64,000 nucleotides of DNA from Botryllus schlosseri (Eukaryota), in contig CM119372.1 of assembly GCA_051294905.1 (NCBI GenBank), positions 27,902,001 through 27,966,000 of the forward strand. The letters are read 5' to 3'. The position numbers were made by a program, and so were the translations under genes. Of the stretch, positions 25,225-37,300 are shown piece by piece (the stretch's first letter is position 1; every line of letters starts with the position of its first letter). The notes under the pieces were generated by a model that saw nothing but the letters and a program-made list of their open reading frames with translations, did no database searches and was not told the DNA's origin.

Positions 25225-25492
25225 TGAGTACTGAGAGAGAGATAGCCTATATATGATATTCTTTTTCGCCTGCACCATCGAGATGCTTTGACGACGGAGT
25301 TGCGATACGGCCGTGAGGTCATCTAGTCTGCGCTCCCATTTTTTTCTCCTCCATGCTATCCATGATTGCTGAGCGCCTAGCAGGATAACTGCGGATACAA
25401 ATTTTCGAGTCTTTGGTATGACCCAGCCCGGGATCGAACCCACGACCTACCTGTTGGAGAAGCCGGACGCATAACCATTACACTATCTTGCT
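25225..25492 (-). mobile_element. tRNA-derived SINE
   Basis: A box TAGTGTAATGG, B box GGTTCGATCCC, body GGTCATACCAAAGAC...GCTAGGCGCTCAGCA; related heads at ~30-105 and 60790-60865. Confidence 0.75.
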
Positions 25493-25812
25493 GAAAACTA
25501 CAAACACAGAAAAAGATTTGAAGCGACTATTGACAATCAAAAGTTTGAGCGACTGGCAACGACTATCAGCGAATAGGCTACAAGACAGTCAATGGAACGT
25601 AATCAAACGAATAGGCTACTCAGCGTAAGTAAGGCAAATGAAATGTATTTGGTAAGGCGTCAGCGATAACGAGGATACCGATAAGGTGTTTAAAATTAAA
25701 ATAACTGCAAAATGAAAGAAGCTCCTGATAACTAGGAATTACAAAATTTTGGTTCGCATTTAAATTTTCACTTGCTCAAAAACTGTTAGATTGCATTTGA
25801 TGAACATTAGGG

Positions 25813-27482
25813 CAGAGGTGGTCAGTAACGAAGTACTTCTACTTTTCATCTACTTCTGGTACTTACTCAAGTAGATCTGATTTTCTCTACTTCTACTTCG
25901 TAATATTTTGTGATCTACTTACTTACTTTTCGCTATTTTCATTTTGTCAAGTAGAAGTAGTTTAATCTCCCTCTACGAAAGATAGCCTGAGGAATTTTGG
26001 GGCTGTTGTCAAGGGGTACCAACATTTAACATTCATAAAAGTCAAGTAAAGCCCGGAAATTTTGTTGCGCTTCGCGCACAGTACTTATGGAGTGGGGGAT
26101 ATGTTTACACGAAAGTATCAGTGAATATAATTTAGGTATCGGATTGCTTGGTTCCGCTCACACCGCTTTGTCGCCCATATCAAATATTTCATCACAGTTA
26201 ATATGGCCCACCATAACGTTTGAAACTACCGTTGCGCAATCTAGCAATTACCTATCAATCATATCGTAATCTAGCAGCCCATTGCGTGTCTTGATAATCT
26301 GGAAAATCCAGCGTTATTGAACGTTATACCTGTTTTAGCAGATCACCTTTGAATGCTTATGGACATAAGACATAAAACATGTTTTCTGCATTTTAGAAGT
26401 GGTATTTGTATTTCACTTTCAACTGCGAGTATCATACTTTGAGTTCTAATTACCTAACATAACATAATGTAACATGGTTGGGTTATATTTTTGATCTGAA
26501 CAAGTCACACACAATGTACAATGCGATAAGACACAATGCGATGTCATGAACAGATAGGAGGATGTAGAACGACACGCATCAGCAGCGATCCTTCACTCTA
26601 AATCCACCTCGGCCTAGAGTGCCCGATGTCACAGTTCTTTTTCGATGTTGATCTCTTTGAAGCCGCGGCCCTTTCTACTAGTTCTTTTCCATTCATTGTG
26701 AGTGCTTTCTTTTGTCGGGTCTTTTTCTGGGCTTTTTTTTTGTCGCCGTAAGAACGGCAACGGCAGGGGAAGAGGAGCCCAGATAAACCGCCGACGGGAA
26801 TCGTCGCGGTTCGTCTGCGTGCTGGGCGCTTATCGTAACCACTACACTACCTCCCCCGCAGTTTCAGTTCTTTTGTCTGCAGAACATACATTTTGAAGCA
26901 TAAAAGCAAGTGTAGTAATGCCTCTATTTTCCGAAAATAGAGCTACACTAAATATAACTTTTACGATCCACAATATTTGTCATTAAAGTATACCAATCGC
27001 GCAAAGTGATGAAACCGTATCCTATACAACTTCTACGTATTGCTCCTCACCTAAACTTGGGTCCTTATAATACGGGGTAGGGCGCCATGCCATGATATTC
27101 TCTAAAACGGGATCTTCCAGTAAACAAAGGGTTAGTATCGCATTTTCATATCAATACTATAATTTGCATCCCATGATGCGAAAGAATACTTATTCTGTCG
27201 AAAATTAATACTTCCTGGGATGCATCAATACGAATGAAACTCTATGCACCTTGCGCATAGCTCAATTCGCAGCTTTTGACAGTCCATGCGAACGAATTTA
27301 GACTGTTTTCAAAACTATACTTACTTACTTGAGTAGATTTAAAGTCAGTCAATTCTACTTCTACTTCAAGTAGTTTTAGGTTGCTTATGAAAGAAGTACT
27401 TCTACTCGTACTTGAGTAGATTTTTTCGTCGCTACTTCTACTTCTACTTGAGTAGCTTTCTTGACTACTTTGACCACCTCCG
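25813..27482 (-). mobile_element. hAT-like element containing a SINE
   Basis: TIR C(A/G)GAGGTGGTCA; TSD CATTAGGG. Confidence 0.85.
26455..26860 (-). mobile_element. tRNA-derived SINE with (TTATG)n tail
   Basis: A box TAGTGTAGTGG; highly similar copies at 55921-56283 and 58021-58957. Confidence 0.85.
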
Positions 27483-28304
27483 CATTAGGGTGTGGAAAGT
27501 TTCTGGCCCCAGTAAATTTGGCAAAGATTGGAGGTAAGATAGGGATAACATCTCTACAAATGCGTGATCAAGTTTGCTGAAACCTTGGTTGAAAACTTGA
27601 ATTTCTTTTTTTGCAATTGTTGCAGCAAGCCTGAGTACTGGTCAGAGATTTAAAAAGAAAACTCTGACCGTAATATAGGAAATGGCTCAGTGCAGGTTTC
27701 AGAATAGTTTATTTGCTGTTCATCCATTTTTGAAATATTAAGATTTGGTTTAGCCCACTGGTTCTCAGACTTTTTAGACACGCCCCCTTTATGACCGTGA
27801 AATATTTCGTTCCCCCCTTTATCGTCATATCACACAATGAAACCAGAATGTTAGCAATCCTTACAGATAATTTGATGGTATGGTAAGGTTTACCATACGT
27901 ATTCTTTTAAGAGGATTTGTCCACTTTTTTGACTTTTTTGAAAGTGTCGTAAATCAGCACCGAAGTGACGCTTTGGCGGGTATTTCAGGAGCTGTGCGGA
28001 AAGTTGACCTTTTTTTAGGTAACCGAACACAGAGTGGGTGAAATTAACCATTTTTTGAGAATTCTCCTCCGGTTTTGCAAGTCTGAAAATTCTGACAAAG
28101 TGCATGTCCTCTTTTCCAAAATATGGTAACCCTGTGGTATGGAAGGTTATGAATGTTGATGCGAGAATTCTCCAATATGAAATTCGGACTATACACAGAG
28201 CAATAACTATGAAATGGAGGTAAATCGCGCAAAGCGCGGCATATTTTTTTAGTTTACCGGAGCTTCGCGCCCACCTTCAGATGCTTTCACGCCTCCCAGT
28301 TTGA

Positions 28305-28850
28305 GAAGATATGAGGAGGCTAGAAATTGCCAAGTTTATGTATCAGTTCCATTGCGGTCAATGTCCCTCAAATTTCAAGGACTACTTCACCTCGGAGACA
28401 AAAGCGCACAAGTACAGCACACGAGCGTGAACGAAGAACAACTACCATATGATCAGGACTGAATACAAGAAAACGCATTGCTCTATCAAGTATGCCGGAC
28501 CCCAATTGTGGAACAGCATCTCGCCGGCTATCCGACAGTCGTCGAGCATGTCCGCATTCAAGTCAAAATACAAGCAATTTCTTCTAAATCAATACTAGCC
28601 AGTCTTCAGGATTACCGGACCACGACCTAACATCGACCTCGCCCTCCGCCACATGCCACCCCATTTTGTCGCTTGCGTCTTATATTCTCAGCATTACTTT
28701 TCATTCAGTGTGCATGCCTCTTATTTACTTCGCCTAGGCTAAGGTGGGTGTCTGATCTTAATGGCTACTCCAAGTTGTTTCGACACCTTCCTATCTTTTC
28801 ATTGTATCGCAGTCTTGTGATGTTTTGAAACGATGAAAATATTAATAAAG
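28305..28850 (+). mobile_element. CR1/L2-like LINE 3' end with 3' UTR
   Basis: Homologous to 20735-21845 and to 61872-62480 (inverted); ends in AATAAA(GA)n. Confidence 0.75.
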
Positions 28851-29215
28851 AGAGAGAAAGAGAGAGAGTCTTTATTTTCATCGAACCAAAATACATAACA
28901 AACGGCAATGATGGTGGTACAGAAAATATGCGTGCACAGTATTCGGTATTAGATAGGAATGATCGATAAGACCGTGAAGGTCATCTAGTCTGATCACACC
29001 AGCATCAAACAGGTACACTTGACTCAGAACAGTCTGGCTGTAAAAAAATGTTTCGTTACGAAAGGAAAATAGAAAAAAAAATTAAACAATGGTAGCAAAT
29101 GATCAATGAAGCAATGTCTGGGCGAGGTAGGGCAACAGTGTTAGTGTAACGACAAAAGGTGATCAAGTAGGGCTTTTTTGAATCTATTATAAGGCAATTC
29201 ACGGATATGTGATGG
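28849..29215 (-). mobile_element. LINE-like 3' end (second family) with (TC)n tail
   Basis: Near-identical copy at 57577-57890; AATAAA before the microsatellite tail. Confidence 0.65.
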
Positions 29216-29260
29216 TAATGACTGACTGACTGACTGACTGATCACTGGTTTAGCCTACAT

Positions 29261-30372
29261 CAGTGGTTCCCAACCTTTTTCGACTCATCGCCCCTTGTCA
29301 ATCTCGACGCAAATCACTCCCCCCCCCCATATTTACGGATCCGAAAAAAGAGGACACTTCAGCGAAAGATTGATTCACCTAATTCAGATCGACGGTGAAT
29401 TTACTACAAAAGGCCATTTATCCAGGTGGTAGGTCAGTGGTTCTAAATTTTTTTGCTTGTGGCACACTAGAAAAATGCTAAAACACTCGCGGCACACTTA
29501 CAATAAATGCGATTTTTGAGAAAAATTTACGTGGTAATGCGATGGCTATGCTCATTTATATGAGCATATATGCGACTGAAACTATAAGCTACATTGGATT
29601 GTTGACGACATACCCGTATTTCGTCGTCAATTTCAAGCAGTCTCACTGGAGCACAACTTTAGAAGCAATGTCCACATACTCATGGTGATACAAATGGCAA
29701 TGCAACTCGGATCTCTTTTGTGCCTGTCATGATATAGGTCAGGATTTGAAATGAGACAACCATTTTTGTGAAAAAAGCGTTTCAAAAAAATGGGATGTTT
29801 CTTTTACGTGAATGGGACAACAAATCGTGAGACGAAATATTGCAATGCAAGCTGAAATCCAGGCAGTGTGCTCAGGTTTTTCGGAATAATTTTATGTTGA
29901 AGAGATGCTTCACAAGGAGCGTGAAACGAATCTTCAACACATAGCAGCCCAATTATAAAACGTGACAATTAACCTGACCTATTCATCAGCAATGTCATGA
30001 TTGGTTCCATTGTAATGTCCACATGTGCTCATTTATCAGACATGAAGCGGTTAGAGTGCCTTTTCCGCAGATGCTTGCCTGCGTGCCTTGATTTGAACAA
30101 ATTAAAAAAATATTCGCGGCATGCCTGAGAATCTGTAGCGGCACACAGTTAGGGAATCACTATGGTAGGTGCTCGGAAAACCGGTTTCCGCGTCCACTTT
30201 TCGTTGACCTCTTTTTCGGGTTATGGCAGAGTAAGCCGCCTTCATGTGCATTTTTGGCCGTGTACCGTGTTAATTAGATATATTCCACTGGACGTTTTAA
30301 CATTTTCGCCCCCCCCCACTCGCCCCTTTTCACCACCTTATTTCTCAAAATCGCCACCGTTGGGTACCACTG
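29261..30372. mobile_element. hAT-like MITE with a nested hAT-like element (29435-30162)
   Basis: Outer TSD GCCTACAT; inner TSD TGGTAGGT. Confidence 0.85.
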
Positions 30373-30844
30373 GCCTACATTGTAATTCACTAAGTTTTAG
30401 CATGGCTGAATTACCTAGTTAACCAGGCACGCATAGAACACCGATGTAGATAGGCAAATTATTTTATTTTGTGATTGTCAGGTTTCAATGACAATGTAAT
30501 TGAAATTGTCATTTGGCAAAATTTTGATCAAATTACAATTATACAAAATAGAAATGCTGCAATTACAATTACATGAAAAAATTTAATTAATTACATTCAC
30601 TTCAATTACAATTGATCCAACTCTGGTACCCAATAACCCAGATATTTGGCAATGTGAAATCGTGAGCAGGATTTTTTTTTAAAGTTGCATAAATTTATAA
30701 AAAAACTCTATAATTTATGTTAATTTACGAAATCATTTTGGGCCCCCTTCGAGCTCACCCCTCCCCAAATTAGGGTGTTTGGAGTGTGGCAGTTACGGTC
30801 CTGGTTACGCAACAATAAAGCATCCAGTCTAAAGCACCAATGTT

Positions 30845-30850
30845 TTTATT
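30845..30850 (-). terminator. Candidate PIF1 polyadenylation signal (AATAAA)
   Basis: AATAAA on the minus strand about 250 nt after the stop codon, before repeat-derived DNA begins. Confidence 0.45.
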
Positions 30851-31101
30851 GCTGGGGTTGCCAACCGGTGTGCTATGGCCACGATCTTCGATCAATGCAC
30901 AAATTGTACAGTATACAACCGTACAAGCGCCTATCTACCAAAAGCAGCCTGCCTACCTAACTAAAATGCTATCTACTGGTACTTCATACGAAATAACGAA
31001 ATGAAATACTTATAGCTTGTTATTAAAAGACAGGTAGGTTTTCATTCCATACGCAATACTGTTATAAAACGCAAGAGTCAAATAGCACGGCTGTCACAGT
31101 G

Positions 31102-31323
31102 TCATCGTCCGAGAGGTATCAGCTCATTGTAACCGTCGGTCATCTGATCTCGCCGCAAGTTGCGATAAAACCGTATTGCATCGACGTTCGACCGGACGCA
31201 CGAAGATGAGAAATCGTCCACTTTGAGTCCTCGCAAGCTCGTCGCGCGCGATAGAGCAACGTACGCCTGTCCACATTCGAACACTCTGGAAAGGCACATC
31301 TCCACGCAATCGAGAGACATACC
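31102..31323 (-). CDS. PIF1: PIF1 exon 14 (GMSLDCVEM...[10 protein letters not shown]...stop)
   Basis: Helicase motif VI; TGA at 31104-31102. Confidence 0.95.
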   Translation of the reverse strand, partial: GMSLDCVEMCLSRVFECGQAYVALSRATSLRGLKVDDFSSSCVRSNVDAIRFYRNLRRDQMTDGYNELIPLGR

Positions 31324-34300
31324 CTGAATGAATGGAAAGACCATATGTCAATGGTTTTCCAGAGTACTGAGCGATTACAAGCAGAGGTGGGTGGTCAGAA
31401 ACGAAGTACACTCAATTACGGACACCGGACCAGACAACCACTTTATTCGGTCAAAATGCTCGGGAGTGGAACAAAAGTTAAAATTGCATGTAACAAAATC
31501 TGTTGATTCGGACAATTCCCCGCTGAATTCGGACATCGGTTTGCGATTCTAATCGTTAGGGTATGACACAATCAACTTTGTTCGTTAACACAAGATGCAA
31601 TTGCATTGATTTAGGTTTAAAAGACATTCCTACTTTGTTCAACTTAACACAAGATGCAATTGCATTGATTTATGATTAAACAACGACATTCCTACTTTGT
31701 TTAATTTAACACAAGATGCAATTGCATTGATTTATGTCTAAACAATCGACAATGAATTCATGCAAGGCCTTGCCAGCTTCACAGTCACTTTTAGGTCCTT
31801 ACAATTGCGTCCATCTTGCAGAACAGAATTGTACCACAAAACGTGTAGCATTAAAGTGAAATTGCTCATTGAAGTAAATGAAGAGAAGAGTAAGACGTTT
31901 CCTTGACAGTTCGGTAGTTTGTTGCGTTGTTGGGATCAAAGAGTATGCGATTAGTGTCAATTACTGCAGTATAGCTGCAATCCAGTTACTACATAACAGT
32001 GCTGTACCTCAACACGTTGTCTTGTCTGCCGTTTCTCCACATAATTTGGCCAAAGTGAGCAGTACCACAGTGTCCAAAGAGTTGACTATAGTTACTTTAT
32101 CGGAGTATGTTTTGCCTGCATGCACTACTTTACTAACTCAAATGCTCATGTCATAGAATACTTCCACTTCTACTTAGCAACTTTCAGACAGAACTAGGCC
32201 TCAAGTACTTGCTTACTCGGACATCGCTAATTCTACCTGCACTCAAACAGAAATTTACCACAGAACTTCTGCTTCTACTTGAGAACCGACGATGACTATT
32301 TTGACCACGTTTCTGGTTACAAGTAGGCGATAAGAATCGCAATTGATATCACTAGCAGCCCTGGTAATAAGGAAATAACCTAGGTTTTCAAAGTAGTATG
32401 CATTGCTACCCAAGTAGAGGTAGAAATAACCGCATTTACCTGGCTTTTATGAATCGAGATGGCCCACGCCAGCTTCAAAGGAATCTGCTTTCGGGCGGCG
32501 ACACAATCCTGCGAAATTTTCAGCGACCATTTCTCGTGCGTAATGGTTCTCTCAATACCGGACAGAAATCGGACTATGGGCAGGCCCAGATTTTGAGGTT
32601 GGGATAACGATTCGCCTGTAAATTGAGAAAACAAAGTGAACAATAAGACCAGGCACCAATAAACGGAGATGGAAAAAAGTACTTTGAAGTCTTAACGATA
32701 CTCGAATAAGATAACTGCCAATCAAACAGGCACAAGCAGGATACTCTATAATAATAATAATAATATTCATATACATGCTTTTAGCCATTGATCAGAGGTG
32801 GCTACTTTTGAAATTGCAAGATCTCCGTGGCTAACGCAAAGTGACTAATGATATTGCAACTAGATGCAAACTTCGAAAAGACATATCCAGTTATCCGAGC
32901 CCAGCGCCCCCTGAGCGTTTCCGCTCCCTTCAAAATTCAGATCGGCCCTTGGGCTGGCGCTGGAGCCCCGGTTAGGAAACACTGATCTACAGTCCGCTAG
33001 AGAATTCATTTCCTCAGTTTTTGAAACTAAGTTACTCTTGAGTTTTATAAAATGGAAGGTCGCTTCGGATACAATTTCACAGTTTTATGGATGAAATCAG
33101 CATATCACTAGCGAAAAAGTCCAAGTCTATTTTTGAACGGGCACATATGCTACAATCTCAAAACTTATCACCGAGAGGCAGAGAATCTTTCGCCGACCGT
33201 CACATACAAGTACAACAATAATATATAAAGACAAAAAAACGAATTCGGATATGGCATTGACTGTGTGTTGTCCGAGACGTTGCACATAACATATCGTGCT
33301 CCATCTCTCGCCTTACCATGGAAATTAATCTAATTGTGCTCAAGTCAAATATCACCAGAATAATACCTTCAAAACTACATTACCAACCAACACATTACTT
33401 ACCAAGCAATTGAAATTTCGGTATTCTCATGGAGGGATTCAGGCTGTTTGTAAATCCTGTTATCACCCCTCTTGCCCCATTCACCAAACCGGCAGACACA
33501 TCAAGATTTTTGGTCAACATCACCTACAAAAAGTGCATTGCGTCACACAGGAATGTAACAGAGTTAAGAGTGAACTAACAAAATATAGAGGAAATTTCAA
33601 GACCATGTTCCCAGTACGTAGACATCGGTTTCAACGTAACAAGCTGAATAATCCAGTAAACTAATCAATACAGCGCACGATTTTGTTTGGATATGTGCTA
33701 AACGCAGGCACATTACCTGTGCCCCAAGCTTGAGTGTTAACTTCCTGGTGTCTGGCAAAGCTTGATCTAATACCGCGGAATACGACGACGAGTTATCTTC
33801 GCAGTGATAAGTGCAAGAAGCAGCAGAGAGCTCTTCCAAATGTGACTGAAAATGAATGGATTCTTGATGGAACACATGCGAATTATATCTAAAATTTTAC
33901 AAATGACTGCGATTAATGAAATATCTTATTGCTCAAAATAAATGATGGTTAAAATAAACTTTTTACCACAAGAGGACGGATACTTCTAGGCATCAGATTC
34001 CAAAACACAATTCTATAAGATCAGGAAAAAGTCAAACGCATTCTGTACAATTTTGCAGCTATATTCAGTCCCAATCAGGTGGTCAGTATAAAGTACTTCT
34101 ACTTTTCCAGACAACTCAGTCAGGTTTGGCCTACTTTAGTGGTTTGTAGGCTACTTCCACTGTTACACAAAACAGTTTTTAGACCAGAATTCTTACATCT
34201 TGGACTTTGAATTTTTCAAGATTGAAGTAGTCTTGTAATATATCAACATTTATCACTTTCAAGAGTGAAACTTTCGAAGAGCTTCTTTGAGGTAGCCTAC

Positions 34301-37300
34301 AGAACATCCATATACAATTGAATTGTAGGCTATATTATTAATGAGCCCGAATATTTTCGGCTGACACTCCGTCAGGGGTAATCGTCAGCAACTAATAGAG
34401 AATTGGAGAGAACATTGCATATGTATACCAACAATCTTATCTCAAAATATGACGTCACCGGCATGAAATTTCGAACAGTAGATGCGAAGAGAGCTCTTAA
34501 TCTAGGGTTACCATATTTCTGTGACCCCAATTCCGGACACTCTTTAGCGCCCACGAGTGGTTTTCAAAATGAGTTATGACGTCACAGTAGCAACGCTTTG
34601 CTCATAGACCAGAGGTGGTCACGATCCGGTTCAGGACTCAGGAGTATGTGGCTGTGTGTTGCGTAACCAGGACCGAAACCACATTTTTCAGCCCTTTTGC
34701 TCCCAAATAAACAATGAATTTGAGCCCACCATAAGATAATCGATACAACTTCTGGGGGAGGGGGGGGGCTTGCTATATGAATCTGGTTTCTATATGCATC
34801 TGGTCGTTGAATTTTTTGAAAGAAGTCTGTCAATAATATTGGTTGTTCCATATATTACTATTTAGTTACTACTCTCCGCCCACATCCTTATGCCGGTGCG
34901 CACCACGGAGCTTTATAAACATTCCACATCCAGTGGTTTCCAACCTTTTATGGTCGCGAGTCCATCTCCAATTTGAAAATGTTTCTTGGTCCAGATCAAA
35001 ATTTGACAAGCTGATTGCTAAAAGAAGTCAGCACCTTTGCCCAGACTCACGGGCTGATTACGTTCAACACGTCTGGAACCACTATCTTTGAATAAAGCAT
35101 TTAAACGGTCCTTTAAACGATCTCTAGGAGTATACCGTTCTCATATAGTTGCGATTCATTTATTTCAGTAAATGAACAGTGTTCTTAATTATATTTTATT
35201 GCAGTTTTTACGAGGGTGGTAGTCCCCATATCAAAACCAATAAATGTGATAGTAAATCACGCGCAGCGCGAAGAAAAATATCATGCATCAGCATAAATAT
35301 TCCCCAAAATAATGTTTTTATGTTGATTTACGAAAACAATTATGAGCCTACGTCAAGTATTCAAAATTCCGGACATTTGGCATATTTTAGAAATTCCTCC
35401 CGGACGCTAGTTTGAACAGTGAAATTCCGGACATGTCCGGGAAATTCCGGACGTATGGCAACCCTATCTTAATCTCAATGTACTAATTTTAGATGGAACA
35501 AGATAGTAAATCGAGATGGCACTCTCTTCGCCCCGATCATTCAAAATTTCCCACAGGTGACTTCATATTTTGTGATAAGGTTGTTGATATACAATGTTCC
35601 TTCCAATTCTTTACTAGTTGCTGACGATTACACCTGACGATTGTCAGACGAATATATTCGGGTCCATTTCATTATCCATATACTATTCAAGAGTAAAATT
35701 GTCGTAAAAGTCACACTATCACGACGGTAAATGAATATGCTTTCGAAAAATGCACAGTTTTGCATGTCATCAGTCATTTTGCGTTGGCCGCCATTTTGGA
35801 AAGTAGCCATCTACTCGCATAGAGAAGAGAAGCTATACTTTACTGACCAGTGACCACCAATGCCTAAAACTTCAAAATCAAACCGACCGTATTTGTGTAA
35901 TCGACGTCTTCACGGTGTGTGCAAAGTTTGGTAGCGAGTATTCCACTGCCGCCGAGTTTGTTGTTGCTCGTCTTTTGCAAAATAGCAGAAGTGGCCTCAG
36001 TACACCTAGAATGTAACCATTTGTAGATTCAAACAACAAAATATTACTGATGCAGAGTCTTGAAAACGAACGCTTCGATTATTGTAACGACTGAAACCGC
36101 ATCAATCAGACCAATGGTTCTCAACCGCCGGTCCGGAAAATATATTATAATTTCAATTGTATAATGTAAGGAGGCTTGTCCAATGTCCATTAATTAGAGG
36201 AATAAAATACCAAATGTCGAATGGAGTGAGAAATTACGAATGCATCACTTTCCGCTCAATATAGAGTTCATGGTATAAAATTCACAATGCTTCAATTGTA
36301 CCAAGACCATCAACTGTTCAGATCCGGGGCAGGTAACATACGACCCGCGATGGGATTTTGAGCAGCCCGCAGAGTTTCTACCCTGAAAGCGAAATTCTAA
36401 TCTCAAAACACACACATTTGCGAGCAAACATTTTCGACCATGAACATTAACAAGACAAGGCGACATTCCAACATAACTGATGTTCACGTGCAGTCTTTAC
36501 TAAGGGTTTAAACATCCGACATGCAGTCACATTTCAAAGAACTTGTGGACATGGAGCAATAACGAATCTGCTAATTCTCAAGTTTAAGGCTATCTGCTTC
36601 CAAGATAGTCCCAGCCACCAGTATTGATTACCAAGCAGATATTCTACACAAAACACAATCAACCTTCCGATTCTGATGTCTTGCAATAGTCGAACGAAGG
36701 TAGCATCGTTTTGTCGATATATCTGTCGCAGCTCTATGCATTTTGAGATGCAATCCGCCCAACACTTTGCCTGTACATAGGATATGGAGAAGTTAGATCG
36801 GTGAAAAGCATCAGTTACTTGTTATTTCGATTACTTGAAAGCACATTTTTTTCCTCTCGGCACCCTTAGACACCGGCGGCAATTGGAAGAAATCCCCGCA
36901 GAGAATAAGCTGAATCCCGCCAAACGGTTCACTGTTGCGTTTTGCTACCCTGTCATCGAAATGTAAAAATAGTAACGCCTGGTTGACATCAAACAAGTCT
37001 GCTGTATGAAAATAGGCTACCAGCAGGTTCAATCAAACATGATTTTGGGGCGCTGAATACGACTCTGACATTATTTCTGCTTTATCGCATCACGTTTTTG
37101 AGATATTGTATATGTTGCATATTTCTACTATTTCGAGGTACTCGGGTAGATTTTAGCTACTTGCAGTACTTACTGAAGTGGTAATGTTTTACGACTACTT
37201 CAACATCTACCTGAACAGTATTCTAGATGAGCCAATTTAGTTTTTTATGAAGTAAAAAGTAGTTCAGAGATAAGATTGCACCACTATCATGAGCTAAGTT

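Larger units (their letters stand above)
24929..30625. mobile_element. hAT-like MITE (AATTAC-rich ends) expanded by nested insertions
   Basis: TIR CAGAGTTGGATC; TSD (C/G)TACCCAA. Confidence 0.8.
34275..35690. mobile_element. Inverted pair of Penelope pseudo-LTR fragments interrupted by a hAT MITE
   Basis: 34275-34500 and 35520-35690 are inverted homologues of the 10054-10230 repeat. Confidence 0.7.
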
